From contig PKUM01000054.1 of assembly GCA_002868855.1 (NCBI GenBank), positions 1 through 61,591 of the forward strand: a stretch of 61,591 bases of DNA, read 5' to 3'. Below the pieces are notes generated by a model. It was given only the letters and a program-made list of their open reading frames with translations, was not told where the DNA came from and did not search any database. This document shows, in pieces, positions 17,737-27,000 of the stretch (positions are counted from its first letter, which is position 1; each line of letters starts with the position of its first letter). The DNA comes from Chromatiales bacterium. Its GTDB lineage: Bacteria; Pseudomonadota; Gammaproteobacteria; Steroidobacterales; BM003. The position numbers and the translations under genes are program-made.

Positions 17737-18261
17737 ATGAGGATATTTGTCATGACATTTCGTAATCTGTACCGCAAGACTGCCATTGCCCTGGCAGTAA
17801 CGGGTGCCCTGGCCGGTGGACAGGTGATCGCTAACGACACCGATACACTGACGGTCACGGCCGTGGTAGATGCCACCTGCGACATCACCAACGTGGAAGT
17901 GCTCAATTTCGGAACGCTCGACCTGGTCAACGACGCGACTTCGAGTGCTGACATCACCTGGGTGTGCACCAATGGCTTTGACACCACTATCGCTCTGAAC
18001 GGCGGTGGCACCAGCAATATCAACAATCGTAATATGGTGGGCGCGTCGAATGGTGACAGTCTCGTGTACCAGCTCTACACCGATGCCGGCCTCGGTACGG
18101 TGTTCGGCGACGGCGCCAACGGCAGCACCGTTCCCGCGAACGGCGCCGGCTTCGGCAACGCGCAGACCACTACCGTACATGGCCAGGTTCTGGCCAGCGA
18201 TGCCGAGAACGTGTCGGCTGACACTTATAACGACAATGTCACCGTTACGATCACATTCTGA
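17737..18261 (+). CDS. Spore-coat-U (SCPU) domain fimbrial subunit, Csu-type major pilin
   Basis: ATG at 17737 (alternative at 17752). Signal peptide, then TLTVTAVVDATCDITN...DFGT-like start and the C-terminal YNDNVTVTITF typical of SCPU/CsuA-B pilins. Confidence 0.8.
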   Translation: MRIFVMTFRNLYRKTAIALAVTGALAGGQVIANDTDTLTVTAVVDATCDITNVEVLNFGTLDLVNDATSSADITWVCTNGFDTTIALNGGGTSNINNRNMVGASNGDSLVYQLYTDAGLGTVFGDGANGSTVPANGAGFGNAQTTTVHGQVLASDAENVSADTYNDNVTVTITF

Positions 18262-19003
18262 GTACGCGGGCTATTTCGGCCTGAGGAGGGCGGCACACGC
18301 CGCCCTCCTGTTCCTGCTTTGCGTCGGGGCGGCACATAGTGCCTCGGTGCAGGTGGTGCCGGTGCGCGTGGAAATTTCAGCCCAGCGCACAGCCGGCGAG
18401 CTGCGGATTATCAATTCAGGCGACAAACCGGTTTCGATGCAAGTCGATCCGCGTGAGTGGAGTCAGAACGTGGACGGCGTGGATCAGCTTGCGCCGACAG
18501 AGGAATTGCTGGCGGTACCACCGCTTTTTACCATTCCTCCGGGGCGCGATCAGATCGTCCGGCTCGGTCTGCTGGGCCAGCCAAGTCCCACCCACGAGAA
18601 GACCTTTCGCCTGCTGGTCACCGAGCTGGCGCCCGCCTCCGGCGAGCGCGAAGCGTCGGCGGTACGCATTAGATTGCAGCTCAGTATTCCCGTGTTCGTC
18701 GCGCCCAGCGAATCCGAGGCGATCCCCGAACTCGTCGTCGAGGACACCCGGATCGGCGCGGATGGCGTCATCGTTACGCTACGCAACACAGGCAATACCC
18801 ACGTCAAGCTCAAGCAGCTTTCCGTCGCAGCCAGCGGCGGCGACATGCCCGATGACGGGCGCAGCGGCAAGGGCCGCTACCTGCTCCCTGGAACGAGCGC
18901 CGAGATCTTCGTCCCCGGTCAACTGACCGGAGCCTTGCGGAGTGTCCGCATAGAAACCGAAGACGGGTGGAGCCGGGAGCATGCCGTGGCGCCTGACAAA
19001 TAG
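18236..19003 (+). CDS. Fimbrial periplasmic chaperone (PapD/CsuC-like)
   Basis: In-frame ATG at 18236 within track ORF 18005..19003. Signal peptide ...RRAAHAALLFLLCVGAAHSA. Motifs VQVVPVRVEI, RIINSGDKPV, LFTIPPGRDQIVRL and FRLLVTEL. The start is uncertain. Confidence 0.75.
   Translation: MSPLRSHSEYAGYFGLRRAAHAALLFLLCVGAAHSASVQVVPVRVEISAQRTAGELRIINSGDKPVSMQVDPREWSQNVDGVDQLAPTEELLAVPPLFTIPPGRDQIVRLGLLGQPSPTHEKTFRLLVTELAPASGEREASAVRIRLQLSIPVFVAPSESEAIPELVVEDTRIGADGVIVTLRNTGNTHVKLKQLSVAASGGDMPDDGRSGKGRYLLPGTSAEIFVPGQLTGALRSVRIETEDGWSREHAVAPDK
18284..18309 (+). promoter_or_regulatory. Intercistronic 11-bp GC hairpin between the pilin and chaperone genes
   Basis: AGGAGGGCGGC-ACAC-GCCGCCCTCCT is a perfect stem. 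It lies 23 nt after the pilin stop and within the predicted chaperone signal-peptide codons. Confidence 0.6.
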
Positions 19004-21737
19004 CCTGGGCCTGGCGGTCATTCTGTTGCTGCTGCTCACACACCGATGCGCGGGTAGCACGGACACCCCGGCGACTTCGCACACGCCGGTACCGGCGGTC
19101 GGAGAGAACGCAATAATGCTCACCCCGCATGGCGCCGCGCAGCCGGAACAGGCAGCTCAACCATCGCCGGCTGGTGAATCGGCCGCGGTGTATCCGGGCG
19201 CCAACGCAGAGCAGACCCGCGATTCAGAATTACCGGCATCTGCCGAAGCGAGCGAGCCCGCGCCCACGCATGGCGAAGGTCCCGCTAGCGAAAACGCGCC
19301 GGCTACAGAATTCGTTACATCCGTTCAGGCAGGCACCGACGTGCCCGTACAGGCGCCAGCCGCCGATTCACTTGATACCGAAACGTTCACCGCGTCGCTT
19401 TCGCCTGCCACGGTTGGGTCCCGGTTGACGTTTACCCAGTCTCCTGCCGAGCTGGTCAGCGAGCAGGAACAGCTGCTGTTCCTCGATGTAGAAGTCAACG
19501 GGGTCGGCCAGGGGACCACTCTGCTGCTGGCGGACGCGGCCGGCCAGGTGTTTGCCACGGCCGAGACCCTCAACGACTGGGGCGTCAAACCACCGTACCC
19601 GGCCGCGGTGGAACATGCTGGCCGGCGATTCCATGAATTCAGCGCTATTCCCGGCGTGCTGGTGGCGATGGAATCCTCGAGCATGAGTGCCGAGGTCAGC
19701 ATTCCGCCGCAATACATGTCGAATACGACGCTCTCATTGAGCCGCGACGATGCCCCTGCACCGGTTTCGGATTCCGGTGCGTTCGTCGATTACCAGGCCG
19801 CGTACACCGATGACGGCGGCGCCAATGCCAGACTGTTCTCGAGCGTTTTCGAGCCGACGATGTTCACCCCGCAGGGGACGCTGACCAGCGGGTCGCTGTA
19901 CCGCTGGTCGGACTACGATTATCGGGATTTCGAGGATGAAGACTACTTCGACGAGCGCGACGATCCGATCGAAGACGGCTGGATCCGCCTCGATTCGACC
20001 TGGACCCGCGACGATCCCGACAAAATACGCACATTCAAAATAGGTGATACGATCACACCGCAGAGCAGCTGGGCGCGCTCGGTCCGGTTTGGCGGGATCC
20101 AGCTGGCCACCAATTTCGCGACCCGCCCGAGCATGGTGACGTTCCCGCGACCGTCGTTCAGCAGTTCCTCGGCCGTACCGACCGCGCTCGATCTGTATGT
20201 CAACGGAAACCTCAGGTCCCGGCAGAATTTCCCGGACGGCACGTTCCGCATTGACGACATACCAGTGGTGAATGGCGCCGGCCAGATAGAGGTTGTCACC
20301 CGCGACCTGCTCGGCCGCGAAACGACAGTGACCCAGGACTTTTACGCCAGCGACCAGTTGTTGCTGCCCGGATTGAACGACTATGCACTGAGCGCGGGAT
20401 TTCTGCGCAAGAACTACGCGGTCAAAAGCAATGATTACGGCGATCCGTACGCCAGCGCGATATTGCGCCGCGGTATTCGCGAGAATCTGACTGTCGACGG
20501 CCGTCTCGAAACGACGGATGAAACCGTCGTCGCTGGCGCCGGTGCGGTTTTTTCACTAAACCGCTATGGGACATTCTCGGCCAGCGCGGCTTTCAGCGGC
20601 GGCGACGACAGCGGCGCACTGTGGCGCATCGGCCAGGATTATCGCGGTCGCAAATACCGCTTCAGCAGCCAGCTGCAGGGCACCAGCAGCGGCTTCACCC
20701 AGCCCGGTCTCGATATCGACTCGGGACTGCCAAAACTCCGGACACTACTGGGAAGTGGTGTCAGTCTCGGCGGGTTGGGCTCGATCGGCCTGACACTCGT
20801 CAATGAGACTTTTCACCGCGACGAAGACTCGCGCACGGTAATGAGTGCAAGCTACAGCCGCACGTTGCCGAGCCGAATCGCTTTTTCATTCTCGGCAAGT
20901 TACGTCGAGCAGGACGGCAGCGATCTCCAGGCAAGCCTGCTGTTCAGCAAATCGCTGGGGCCGCGCCGCAGCACCTCGGCAGCGCTCAACCTCAGCGACG
21001 ACGACAGCAACCTGCGTCTCGACTTTCGTCATGACCTGCCGTCCGGACCGGGTTACGGATACCGCCTGACCAGCTACAGCGGCGACTCGGAAGGCGTCGA
21101 GTCGGAGGCCTCGCTGAATACGGCTGGCGCACGCTATCGCGGCCAGGTCCGGCACCGCGACGGCGAGTACGGCTGGCGTGCGGAAATGACCGGCTCGCTG
21201 GCCTGGCTCGACGGTGAAACCTACGCCAATCGCGAGATTCGCGACGGCTTTGCCGTCATCGATACAGGTGGATACTCCGGTGTCACCGTCTTCCAGGAGA
21301 ACCGGGAAATCGGCGTCACCGACAAACGCGGTCGCCTGCTCGTGCCAAACCTGCGCCCCTACCAGGCCAACCGGCTGCATATCGCGGCCGAGGACTTGCC
21401 GCTCAATGCACGCACCTCGAGCTACAGCGCGGTTGTCGCCCCATACTATCGTTCCGGTGTGCTGATCGATCTCGGTGTGCGTCCGGCCCAGGCCGCCATC
21501 CTGCGGGTCGTCGACGCGGCCGGCGAGCCGGTCCCGGAGGGCGCCCAGGCGGGCATAGCCGACACGCCGGAACGCTACCCGGTCGGTCTCGATGGCCGTC
21601 TCTACATTGAAGGTCTGGGCGAGAACAGCCGCGTAGTCATTCGCCACGCCGGGGCTGAGTGCGAAATCGAGCTGCCACGGCCGGATCCGAACAAAGCGTT
21701 ACCCGACCTTGGCGAGTTCGTTTGCAACGGACTCTGA
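18981..21737 (+). CDS. Fimbrial outer-membrane usher (CsuD-like) with a long N-terminal low-complexity extension
   Basis: 918 aa. Signal peptide MPWRLTNSLGLAVILLLLLTHRCAG. Size and position (after the chaperone, overlapping it by 23 nt) fit an usher, and the beta-rich body has Y/G/S/D-rich segments. Confidence 0.75.
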   Translation: MPWRLTNSLGLAVILLLLLTHRCAGSTDTPATSHTPVPAVGENAIMLTPHGAAQPEQAAQPSPAGESAAVYPGANAEQTRDSELPASAEASEPAPTHGEGPASENAPATEFVTSVQAGTDVPVQAPAADSLDTETFTASLSPATVGSRLTFTQSPAELVSEQEQLLFLDVEVNGVGQGTTLLLADAAGQVFATAETLNDWGVKPPYPAAVEHAGRRFHEFSAIPGVLVAMESSSMSAEVSIPPQYMSNTTLSLSRDDAPAPVSDSGAFVDYQAAYTDDGGANARLFSSVFEPTMFTPQGTLTSGSLYRWSDYDYRDFEDEDYFDERDDPIEDGWIRLDSTWTRDDPDKIRTFKIGDTITPQSSWARSVRFGGIQLATNFATRPSMVTFPRPSFSSSSAVPTALDLYVNGNLRSRQNFPDGTFRIDDIPVVNGAGQIEVVTRDLLGRETTVTQDFYASDQLLLPGLNDYALSAGFLRKNYAVKSNDYGDPYASAILRRGIRENLTVDGRLETTDETVVAGAGAVFSLNRYGTFSASAAFSGGDDSGALWRIGQDYRGRKYRFSSQLQGTSSGFTQPGLDIDSGLPKLRTLLGSGVSLGGLGSIGLTLVNETFHRDEDSRTVMSASYSRTLPSRIAFSFSASYVEQDGSDLQASLLFSKSLGPRRSTSAALNLSDDDSNLRLDFRHDLPSGPGYGYRLTSYSGDSEGVESEASLNTAGARYRGQVRHRDGEYGWRAEMTGSLAWLDGETYANREIRDGFAVIDTGGYSGVTVFQENREIGVTDKRGRLLVPNLRPYQANRLHIAAEDLPLNARTSSYSAVVAPYYRSGVLIDLGVRPAQAAILRVVDAAGEPVPEGAQAGIADTPERYPVGLDGRLYIEGLGENSRVVIRHAGAECEIELPRPDPNKALPDLGEFVCNGL

Positions 21738-21739
21738 CG

Positions 21740-22288
21740 ATGCAGGTGCGCCCGCCCCAGCTTTGCACCGATGCCGCGCCGCAATGGTACGCTTTGCGCT
21801 CAATGGACCTGCCAACAGAACGAAAAAGCCGCATCCGGGCAAGAACGCTGGCCGTACTGCTGCTGATGCTCGGCGCGACGATGACGAATATCGCGAGCGC
21901 CCAGAACTGCACCATTACCGCCGTTCCGCTTAATTTTGGCTCATATCTTCCGAACGACCTCGCCCCGCTGGACAATGCCGGTGCGGTCGACATCGACTGC
22001 AAGGGCCGCGGCGGAATATTCCAGGTTACGATCGCTGCGGGAAACAGCAACGCCTACTTGCAACGCCTGATGCTGAGTGCGACCGACGCACTTGCCTATA
22101 ACGTCTACCTCGATGCCGCACGCACGCAAATCTGGGGCGACTGGAGTAGCGGAACGTCGGCGCTGTCGCGGTTCCGCCGAAACGGCCGCTACCGCGAATC
22201 GATCCCGGTTTACGGGCGGATCTTCGCCGGTCAGGACGTGGATCCGGGTATCTACTCGGACAGCCTGCTGGTAACGATTATCTTCTAG
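21740..22288 (+). CDS. Second SCPU-domain fimbrial subunit (possible tip or minor subunit)
   Basis: ATG at 21740 (alternative at 21803, MDLPTERKSR...). Signal peptide, then NCTITAVPLNFGSY and C-terminal YSDSLLVTIIF. Confidence 0.75.
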   Translation: MQVRPPQLCTDAAPQWYALRSMDLPTERKSRIRARTLAVLLLMLGATMTNIASAQNCTITAVPLNFGSYLPNDLAPLDNAGAVDIDCKGRGGIFQVTIAAGNSNAYLQRLMLSATDALAYNVYLDAARTQIWGDWSSGTSALSRFRRNGRYRESIPVYGRIFAGQDVDPGIYSDSLLVTIIF

Positions 22289-22292
22289 CGCT

Positions 22293-22317
22293 ACGGGGCG
22301 GCAAAGCGCCGCCCCGT
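22293..22317. terminator. Hairpin between convergent genes (pilus operon / M3 peptidase)
   Basis: ACGGGGCGGC-AAAGC-GCCGCCCCGT is a 10-bp perfect stem. There is no strong U-tract on either side. Confidence 0.5.
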
Positions 22318-22323
22318 ACACAC

Positions 22324-24444
22324 TCATTCAAGCGGTCCGGCGCCCTCGCCGTCCACCGCAAGACTCTCGGCAAACGCCTCGAAATTGTAGGGCCGCCCAA
22401 GGAAGTCCTTGACCGAGACAGCGGCAGGCCGCGCGCCACCTACGGCGAGTACCTTGTCGCGGTACTCGCGCGCGGTTGCTGTATTGCGAATCCCGTCTTC
22501 CGCGAAACGGCTGAACATATCGAGTGCGATCACCTTCGACCACGCATAGGTGTAGTAAATCGCCGAGTAGCCGTCGAGGTGGCCGAAACTGGTATAGAAA
22601 TGGGTGTCCGCAAGATAATCGTAAGGCGAATACTCGGCCTGCAATTGCTTCATCAATGGCAACAGCTCGAAAGAGGCCGGATCGCGGTTGTAGTAGTTCA
22701 GCGAGATCGCAGCATAGAACATCTGCTGGCGGTTCCCCATGCCGAGACCGAATTTGCGCGCCGCGTTCATTTTATCGATCAACTCGTCCGGGATTGGCTC
22801 GCCCTTGTCGTTGAGTCCGAAGCTCTGCAATGTCTGCTTGTCGTAAATCCACTCTTCGAGCATTTGCGACGGCGCCTCGGCGAAGTCCCACTCGGCGGCA
22901 ATGCCAGAATTGCCGACCCAGCGATGATCCCCGGCGAAAAGAAAATGAATCAGGTGACCGAACTCGTGCAGGAACGTATTGACCTGACTGTGTTCCATCA
23001 GGCCCTCGGTACCGTCACCGCCGGGAAAATTGCACATCAGCGCAGCCACAGGAGTCTGTTTTCCGGTGATTCCCGCGACTATCGGAAATGCGGCGGCATG
23101 TTTGAACTTGCCGTCGCGCGGGTGCATGTCGAGATAGAAACGGCCGATCAACCGGTCGCCGTCTTTTAGCTCGTAGCTCTCCACGCTGTCGTCCCAGACC
23201 TCGGTCTGCCACGGCGTAATCTGGACGTCGAACAGGTCACTGATCAGCTCAAAGATTCCGTCGCGGACGCGATCATAAGCAAAATACTGGCGGATCAGCT
23301 TGCTATCGACCTCGAACTGCTCCTCGCGCACCAGGTTGTCGACGAAATTGCGCTGCCAGATGCCAACACTGTCGACATTCGGATAATCCTGACGAAGCCG
23401 GGCCACCAGTACATTTTCATCGAGTTTCGCCCGCGGTCTGGCGAGATCGGCGACCTTCTCAATGAAGTCCGCGGCGTTCTCGGCCGACGCGACCATCTTG
23501 TCCTCGGTGACGTATTCGGCCCAGTTTGGATAGCCCAGCAAATTCGCCAACTCATGGCGTTTCTCTATCATCTGCTCGAGCACCGGCTCGTTAGCGGGAT
23601 AGCCACGACTCATGTACTGGGTGGTCAGGGCCTTGCGTGCAGCATCGTTTTTGGCGTACCGCGAGAACGGAAAGTAATCGGGGTAATTTGTCGTGATAAC
23701 GATTTTGCCCTCTTCGTTGGGCGGATGGGCATCGATGAAATCCTGCGGCAGGCCTTCCAGGTCATCGACCGAATCAAGCTCGATACTGCGAACGTCCTCG
23801 GCGATGTTCTTGGAGAACTGCTGTCCGATTACCAGCAACTCTTCGCGTATCGCAGAGATTCTCGCGCGTGTCTCCTCATCCTTGTCAACGCCGGCGCGGC
23901 GGAAATCACGCAGCTGCTTCTCATAGAAAAACCGGGTCGCCTCGTCCTCGGCACTGACATCGATTGTGCTGATGGCGGAAAAGAGCGGCCGCGACAAGCT
24001 GAGGCGGGTGTTTAGTTCGTCGAAGCGCTGCTCGCACTCGCGACCGGCTTCGCGCACGCTCTCGTCCGGGTGCGCATTCGCATACAACGACGACTTGGCG
24101 TAACCGTTATAAAGAGCGATGCCAAGGTCGTTATAGCTTTCCAGCGTCGTATCGACTGTATGCGGCCCCTCGGACGCTTCAAGCGCATTAAACAACTCGT
24201 CAGCAGCGTCGATCCGTTGATCGCACTCGGCGGCAAACGCAACTGCCGCGGCACTCGCCGCCGGCGCTTCTCCTTCGACTTCCATGACCGCGGTCTCGAC
24301 CATTGTCGTGTCGGCGATCTTCTCGTCCGCCGCGTTGGATGCGTCGTCCCGCGAGACTGGGGCGTTTGCGTCCTGACCACCGGAACACGCTGCGAACGCC
24401 AAAGTCAGCAGCGCAAGCGCCGCGTAGTTTTTTCTCGATTGCAC
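22324..24444 (-). CDS. M3-family zinc metallopeptidase lipoprotein (thimet oligopeptidase-like)
   Basis: 706 aa with a GTG start. Lipobox LAFAACSGG and zinc motif HEFGHLIH. Confidence 0.85.
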   Translation of the reverse strand: MQSRKNYAALALLTLAFAACSGGQDANAPVSRDDASNAADEKIADTTMVETAVMEVEGEAPAASAAAVAFAAECDQRIDAADELFNALEASEGPHTVDTTLESYNDLGIALYNGYAKSSLYANAHPDESVREAGRECEQRFDELNTRLSLSRPLFSAISTIDVSAEDEATRFFYEKQLRDFRRAGVDKDEETRARISAIREELLVIGQQFSKNIAEDVRSIELDSVDDLEGLPQDFIDAHPPNEEGKIVITTNYPDYFPFSRYAKNDAARKALTTQYMSRGYPANEPVLEQMIEKRHELANLLGYPNWAEYVTEDKMVASAENAADFIEKVADLARPRAKLDENVLVARLRQDYPNVDSVGIWQRNFVDNLVREEQFEVDSKLIRQYFAYDRVRDGIFELISDLFDVQITPWQTEVWDDSVESYELKDGDRLIGRFYLDMHPRDGKFKHAAAFPIVAGITGKQTPVAALMCNFPGGDGTEGLMEHSQVNTFLHEFGHLIHFLFAGDHRWVGNSGIAAEWDFAEAPSQMLEEWIYDKQTLQSFGLNDKGEPIPDELIDKMNAARKFGLGMGNRQQMFYAAISLNYYNRDPASFELLPLMKQLQAEYSPYDYLADTHFYTSFGHLDGYSAIYYTYAWSKVIALDMFSRFAEDGIRNTATAREYRDKVLAVGGARPAAVSVKDFLGRPYNFEAFAESLAVDGEGAGPLE

Positions 24445-24814
24445 GGTTAACCTCGACTGGGGAATGTGGCTGCTACCCGGAGCGTAAGCAGCTCAAGCTA
24501 GACGCCGATTCCGGGAAAATCAAGCATCAGCCCAGCCACACCAAAGCGTTTGCAGGTCCGCCCGGACCGGTATGCAATAGCCGGGAGGCCGGTCCGGCGG
24601 CAACCCCGGGCAAGTTGCCGGGCCAGCGGGTTTGCAGCATGCGCGAGCGCTGCGTTGTGACCGGACAACCGTACCCGGCCATCGGCGCAAGGCTTTACAA
24701 CGGCGCGCCGAGAATCTATCGACCGGCAACGCCAAATCCATTCAGGTAATGAATTTTCCTCATTTTTCTCTATCCTTCAAAACGAATGAAAACACAAATC
24801 CGTGAGTCTTCTCA

Positions 24815-24848
24815 TTGACAAAATTATCAAAATGATATTATTTTGATA
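24815..24848 (+). promoter_or_regulatory. Candidate sigma70 promoter (TTGACA at 24815-24820) overlapped by a perfect 9-bp inverted repeat
   Basis: TTGACA is followed by several TA-rich -10 candidates (TATTAT, TATTTT). The inverted repeat is TATCAAAAT (24825-33) / ATTTTGATA (24840-48) with a 6-nt spacer. It lies in an AT-rich island about 30 nt upstream of the SPFH start. Confidence 0.5.
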
Positions 24849-24875
24849 TCATATGGAAGAAATCAAGGAGAACAG

Positions 24876-25748
24876 ATGATGTTCCGGGAGAAAGTAAAGA
24901 AGGTGGCCTCGGGCTACCCGATGCTGGTAATTCTGCTGCTCCTGCAACTCGCAACGATCTACTGGATCGTGACGGCCTTGCGGAATTACGCGATCGCCGC
25001 CGTGATTGGCGCAATCATCGCCGCGATTGTCGTGCTGGTGCTGTGGATCGGGTTCTTCATGGTCAATCCCAACGAAGCAAAAGTACTGCAGCTTTTCGGC
25101 AAATATATCGGCACGGCAAAGGATCCGGGCCTGCGCTGGGCCAATCCGTTCCTTGCAAAACGCGCTGTATCGTTGCGGGTTCGCAATTTTGAGAGCGGCA
25201 AGCTAAAGGTCAATGATTCCACCGGAAATCCTATCGAGATCGCTGCGGTAGTCGTCTGGAAGGTCGTCGACAGTGCGGAGGCCGTATTCGAGGTCGACGA
25301 TTACGAGGAGTTCGTCACGATCCAGAGCGAGGCCGCGTTGCGCAACCTCGCGACCACATACCCATACGAGGCACACAATGACGGCGACGTCGCGTTGCGC
25401 AGCGACCCGCAGCAAATCGCCGGTGCATTGCGCTCTGAAATCCAGGCCCGTCTCGAGAAGGCCGGGGTCGAAGTCATCGAGGCCCGAATCAGCCACCTCG
25501 CTTATGCCCCCGAAATCGCCAATGCGATGCTGCGGCGACAGCAGGCGTCGGCGATCATTGCCGCGCGCACCCAGATCGTCGACGGTGCGGTGGGCATGGT
25601 GGAAATGGCGCTGGACAAGCTCGCCGAAAAACACGTGCTGGAGCTCGACGAGGAGCGCAAGGCGACGATGGTCAGCAATCTGCTGGTGGTTTTGTGCAGC
25701 GAACACGATGCAACGCCGGTACTGAACACGGGCTCCCTCTATGCTTGA
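24876..25748 (+). CDS. SPFH/Band 7 domain membrane protein
   Basis: ATG at 24876, 6 nt after AAGGAG. Two N-terminal TM segments, then the SPFH core [15 protein letters not shown]...[18 protein letters not shown]. Confidence 0.8.
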   Translation: MMFREKVKKVASGYPMLVILLLLQLATIYWIVTALRNYAIAAVIGAIIAAIVVLVLWIGFFMVNPNEAKVLQLFGKYIGTAKDPGLRWANPFLAKRAVSLRVRNFESGKLKVNDSTGNPIEIAAVVVWKVVDSAEAVFEVDDYEEFVTIQSEAALRNLATTYPYEAHNDGDVALRSDPQQIAGALRSEIQARLEKAGVEVIEARISHLAYAPEIANAMLRRQQASAIIAARTQIVDGAVGMVEMALDKLAEKHVLELDEERKATMVSNLLVVLCSEHDATPVLNTGSLYA

Positions 25749-25798
25749 TCCCGTTGCGGCTTTAACGCGACGCACCGCGGGATAAAGCGAAACCACCA

Positions 25799-25981
25799 AT
25801 GGCCAAACGCAAGGCTTTCGCCCTACGACTAAGCGCGGACATTCTCGGCGCAATGCAACGCTGGGCCGACGATGAGCTGCGCAGCGCCAACGCCCAGATC
25901 GAGTGGGCTCTGCGCGAAGCACTTCGCAATGCAGGCCGTCTGCCGCGCGCCGCCGACCCCGAGGACCGCGATAAGTCCTGA
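25799..25981 (+). CDS. Arc/MetJ-type ribbon-helix-helix DNA-binding protein
   Basis: 60 aa. MAKRKAFALRLSADILGAMQRWADDELRSANAQIEWALREAL matches the Arc-like pattern F.LR.p..l...l...A....RS.NA.Ie..L. Confidence 0.7.
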   Translation: MAKRKAFALRLSADILGAMQRWADDELRSANAQIEWALREALRNAGRLPRAADPEDRDKS

Positions 25982-26003
25982 GTTCGCTGCGGGTGAGGCG
26001 AAA

Positions 26004-26028
26004 CGTGGTGGCGGTCAAAACCACCACG
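26004..26028 (+). terminator. Hairpin downstream of the Arc-like gene
   Basis: CGTGGTGG-cggtcaaaa-CCACCACG is an 8-bp perfect stem. The U-tract is weak. Confidence 0.4.
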
Positions 26029-26128
26029 CGCCACCCTTCTCGCAACTTTGGCGCTCGAGCGGAGTCGATAACACGGTGCGCAGCAGTCTCAACCGCGCGT
26101 TTTACAACAATCGAGGACAACCGCAGCG

Positions 26129-26815
26129 ATGATCGATCTCTATTACTGGACCACGCCAAACGGTCACAAGATCACGATATTTCTCGAAGAGTCCGGCCTC
26201 GAGTATCGGATCCTTCCAATCAACATCGGCAAGGGCGATCAATTCGCGCCCGAGTTTCTGCGAATCTCACCGAACAATCGTATCCCGGCAATCGTCGATC
26301 AGGCCCCGGCCGACGGGGGCGAACCGGTCGCGCTGTTCGAGTCCGGCGCGATACTGCATTATCTTGCACAGAAGACCGGGCGGTTTCTTTCCGCGGAACT
26401 GCGCGGTCAGGCTGAGACGCTGCAGTGGCTGTTCTGGCAAATGGGCGGTCTGGGCCCGATGGCCGGTCAGAACCATCATTTCCGGCTCTACGCCAAAGAC
26501 AAGATCCCGTATGCGATTGACCGCTATGTGAACGAAACACACCGCCTCTACGGGGTACTCGACAAACGCCTCGGCGATCGCGAATTTGTCGCCGGCGACT
26601 ACAGCATTGCGGACATGGCGATCTATCCCTGGATCCGGCCTTACGAGAATCAGGGTCAGGACATCGACGAGTTTGCCAGCCTGAAACGCTGGTTCATTGC
26701 CATCAGTGAGCGTCCGGCGGTTGAACGCGCCTACGCCTTGGCCGACGAAATCAGGCAGCAGTCGCAACCCGTGGATGAGCAAGAATCGCATCGCATTCTT
26801 TTCGGCCAGCGCTGA
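26129..26815 (+). CDS. yfcG: Nu-class glutathione S-transferase (YfcG-like)
   Basis: MIDLYYWTTPNGHKITIFLEE...FLRISPNNRIPAIVD...GGEP..LFESGAIL.YLA closely follows the E. coli YfcG pattern as I remember it. Confidence 0.85.
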   Translation: MIDLYYWTTPNGHKITIFLEESGLEYRILPINIGKGDQFAPEFLRISPNNRIPAIVDQAPADGGEPVALFESGAILHYLAQKTGRFLSAELRGQAETLQWLFWQMGGLGPMAGQNHHFRLYAKDKIPYAIDRYVNETHRLYGVLDKRLGDREFVAGDYSIADMAIYPWIRPYENQGQDIDEFASLKRWFIAISERPAVERAYALADEIRQQSQPVDEQESHRILFGQR

Positions 26816-27000
26816 TTCGGGCGCAACCCCGACCAGCGGGAAAGGCTTTCTGTCAGGCGAAATGCACCGCGAATCACTGGCAAACGCCGTGTTTTCACGT
26901 TACCTTCGCGTTCTTCCCGTTAACACGATTGCGCCCGCAGCGTCAGCCCGCTCCTGACCATGAGCCGGAACCAGCCTGGCGGGCGCCTGGAAAGGTGATA

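Noticed and set aside
25203-26159. 318-aa minus-strand ORF spanning the SPFH, Arc and GST region.
   Set aside because: It crosses three well-supported plus-strand genes and the intergenic hairpin, and it is Arg-rich with no motifs.
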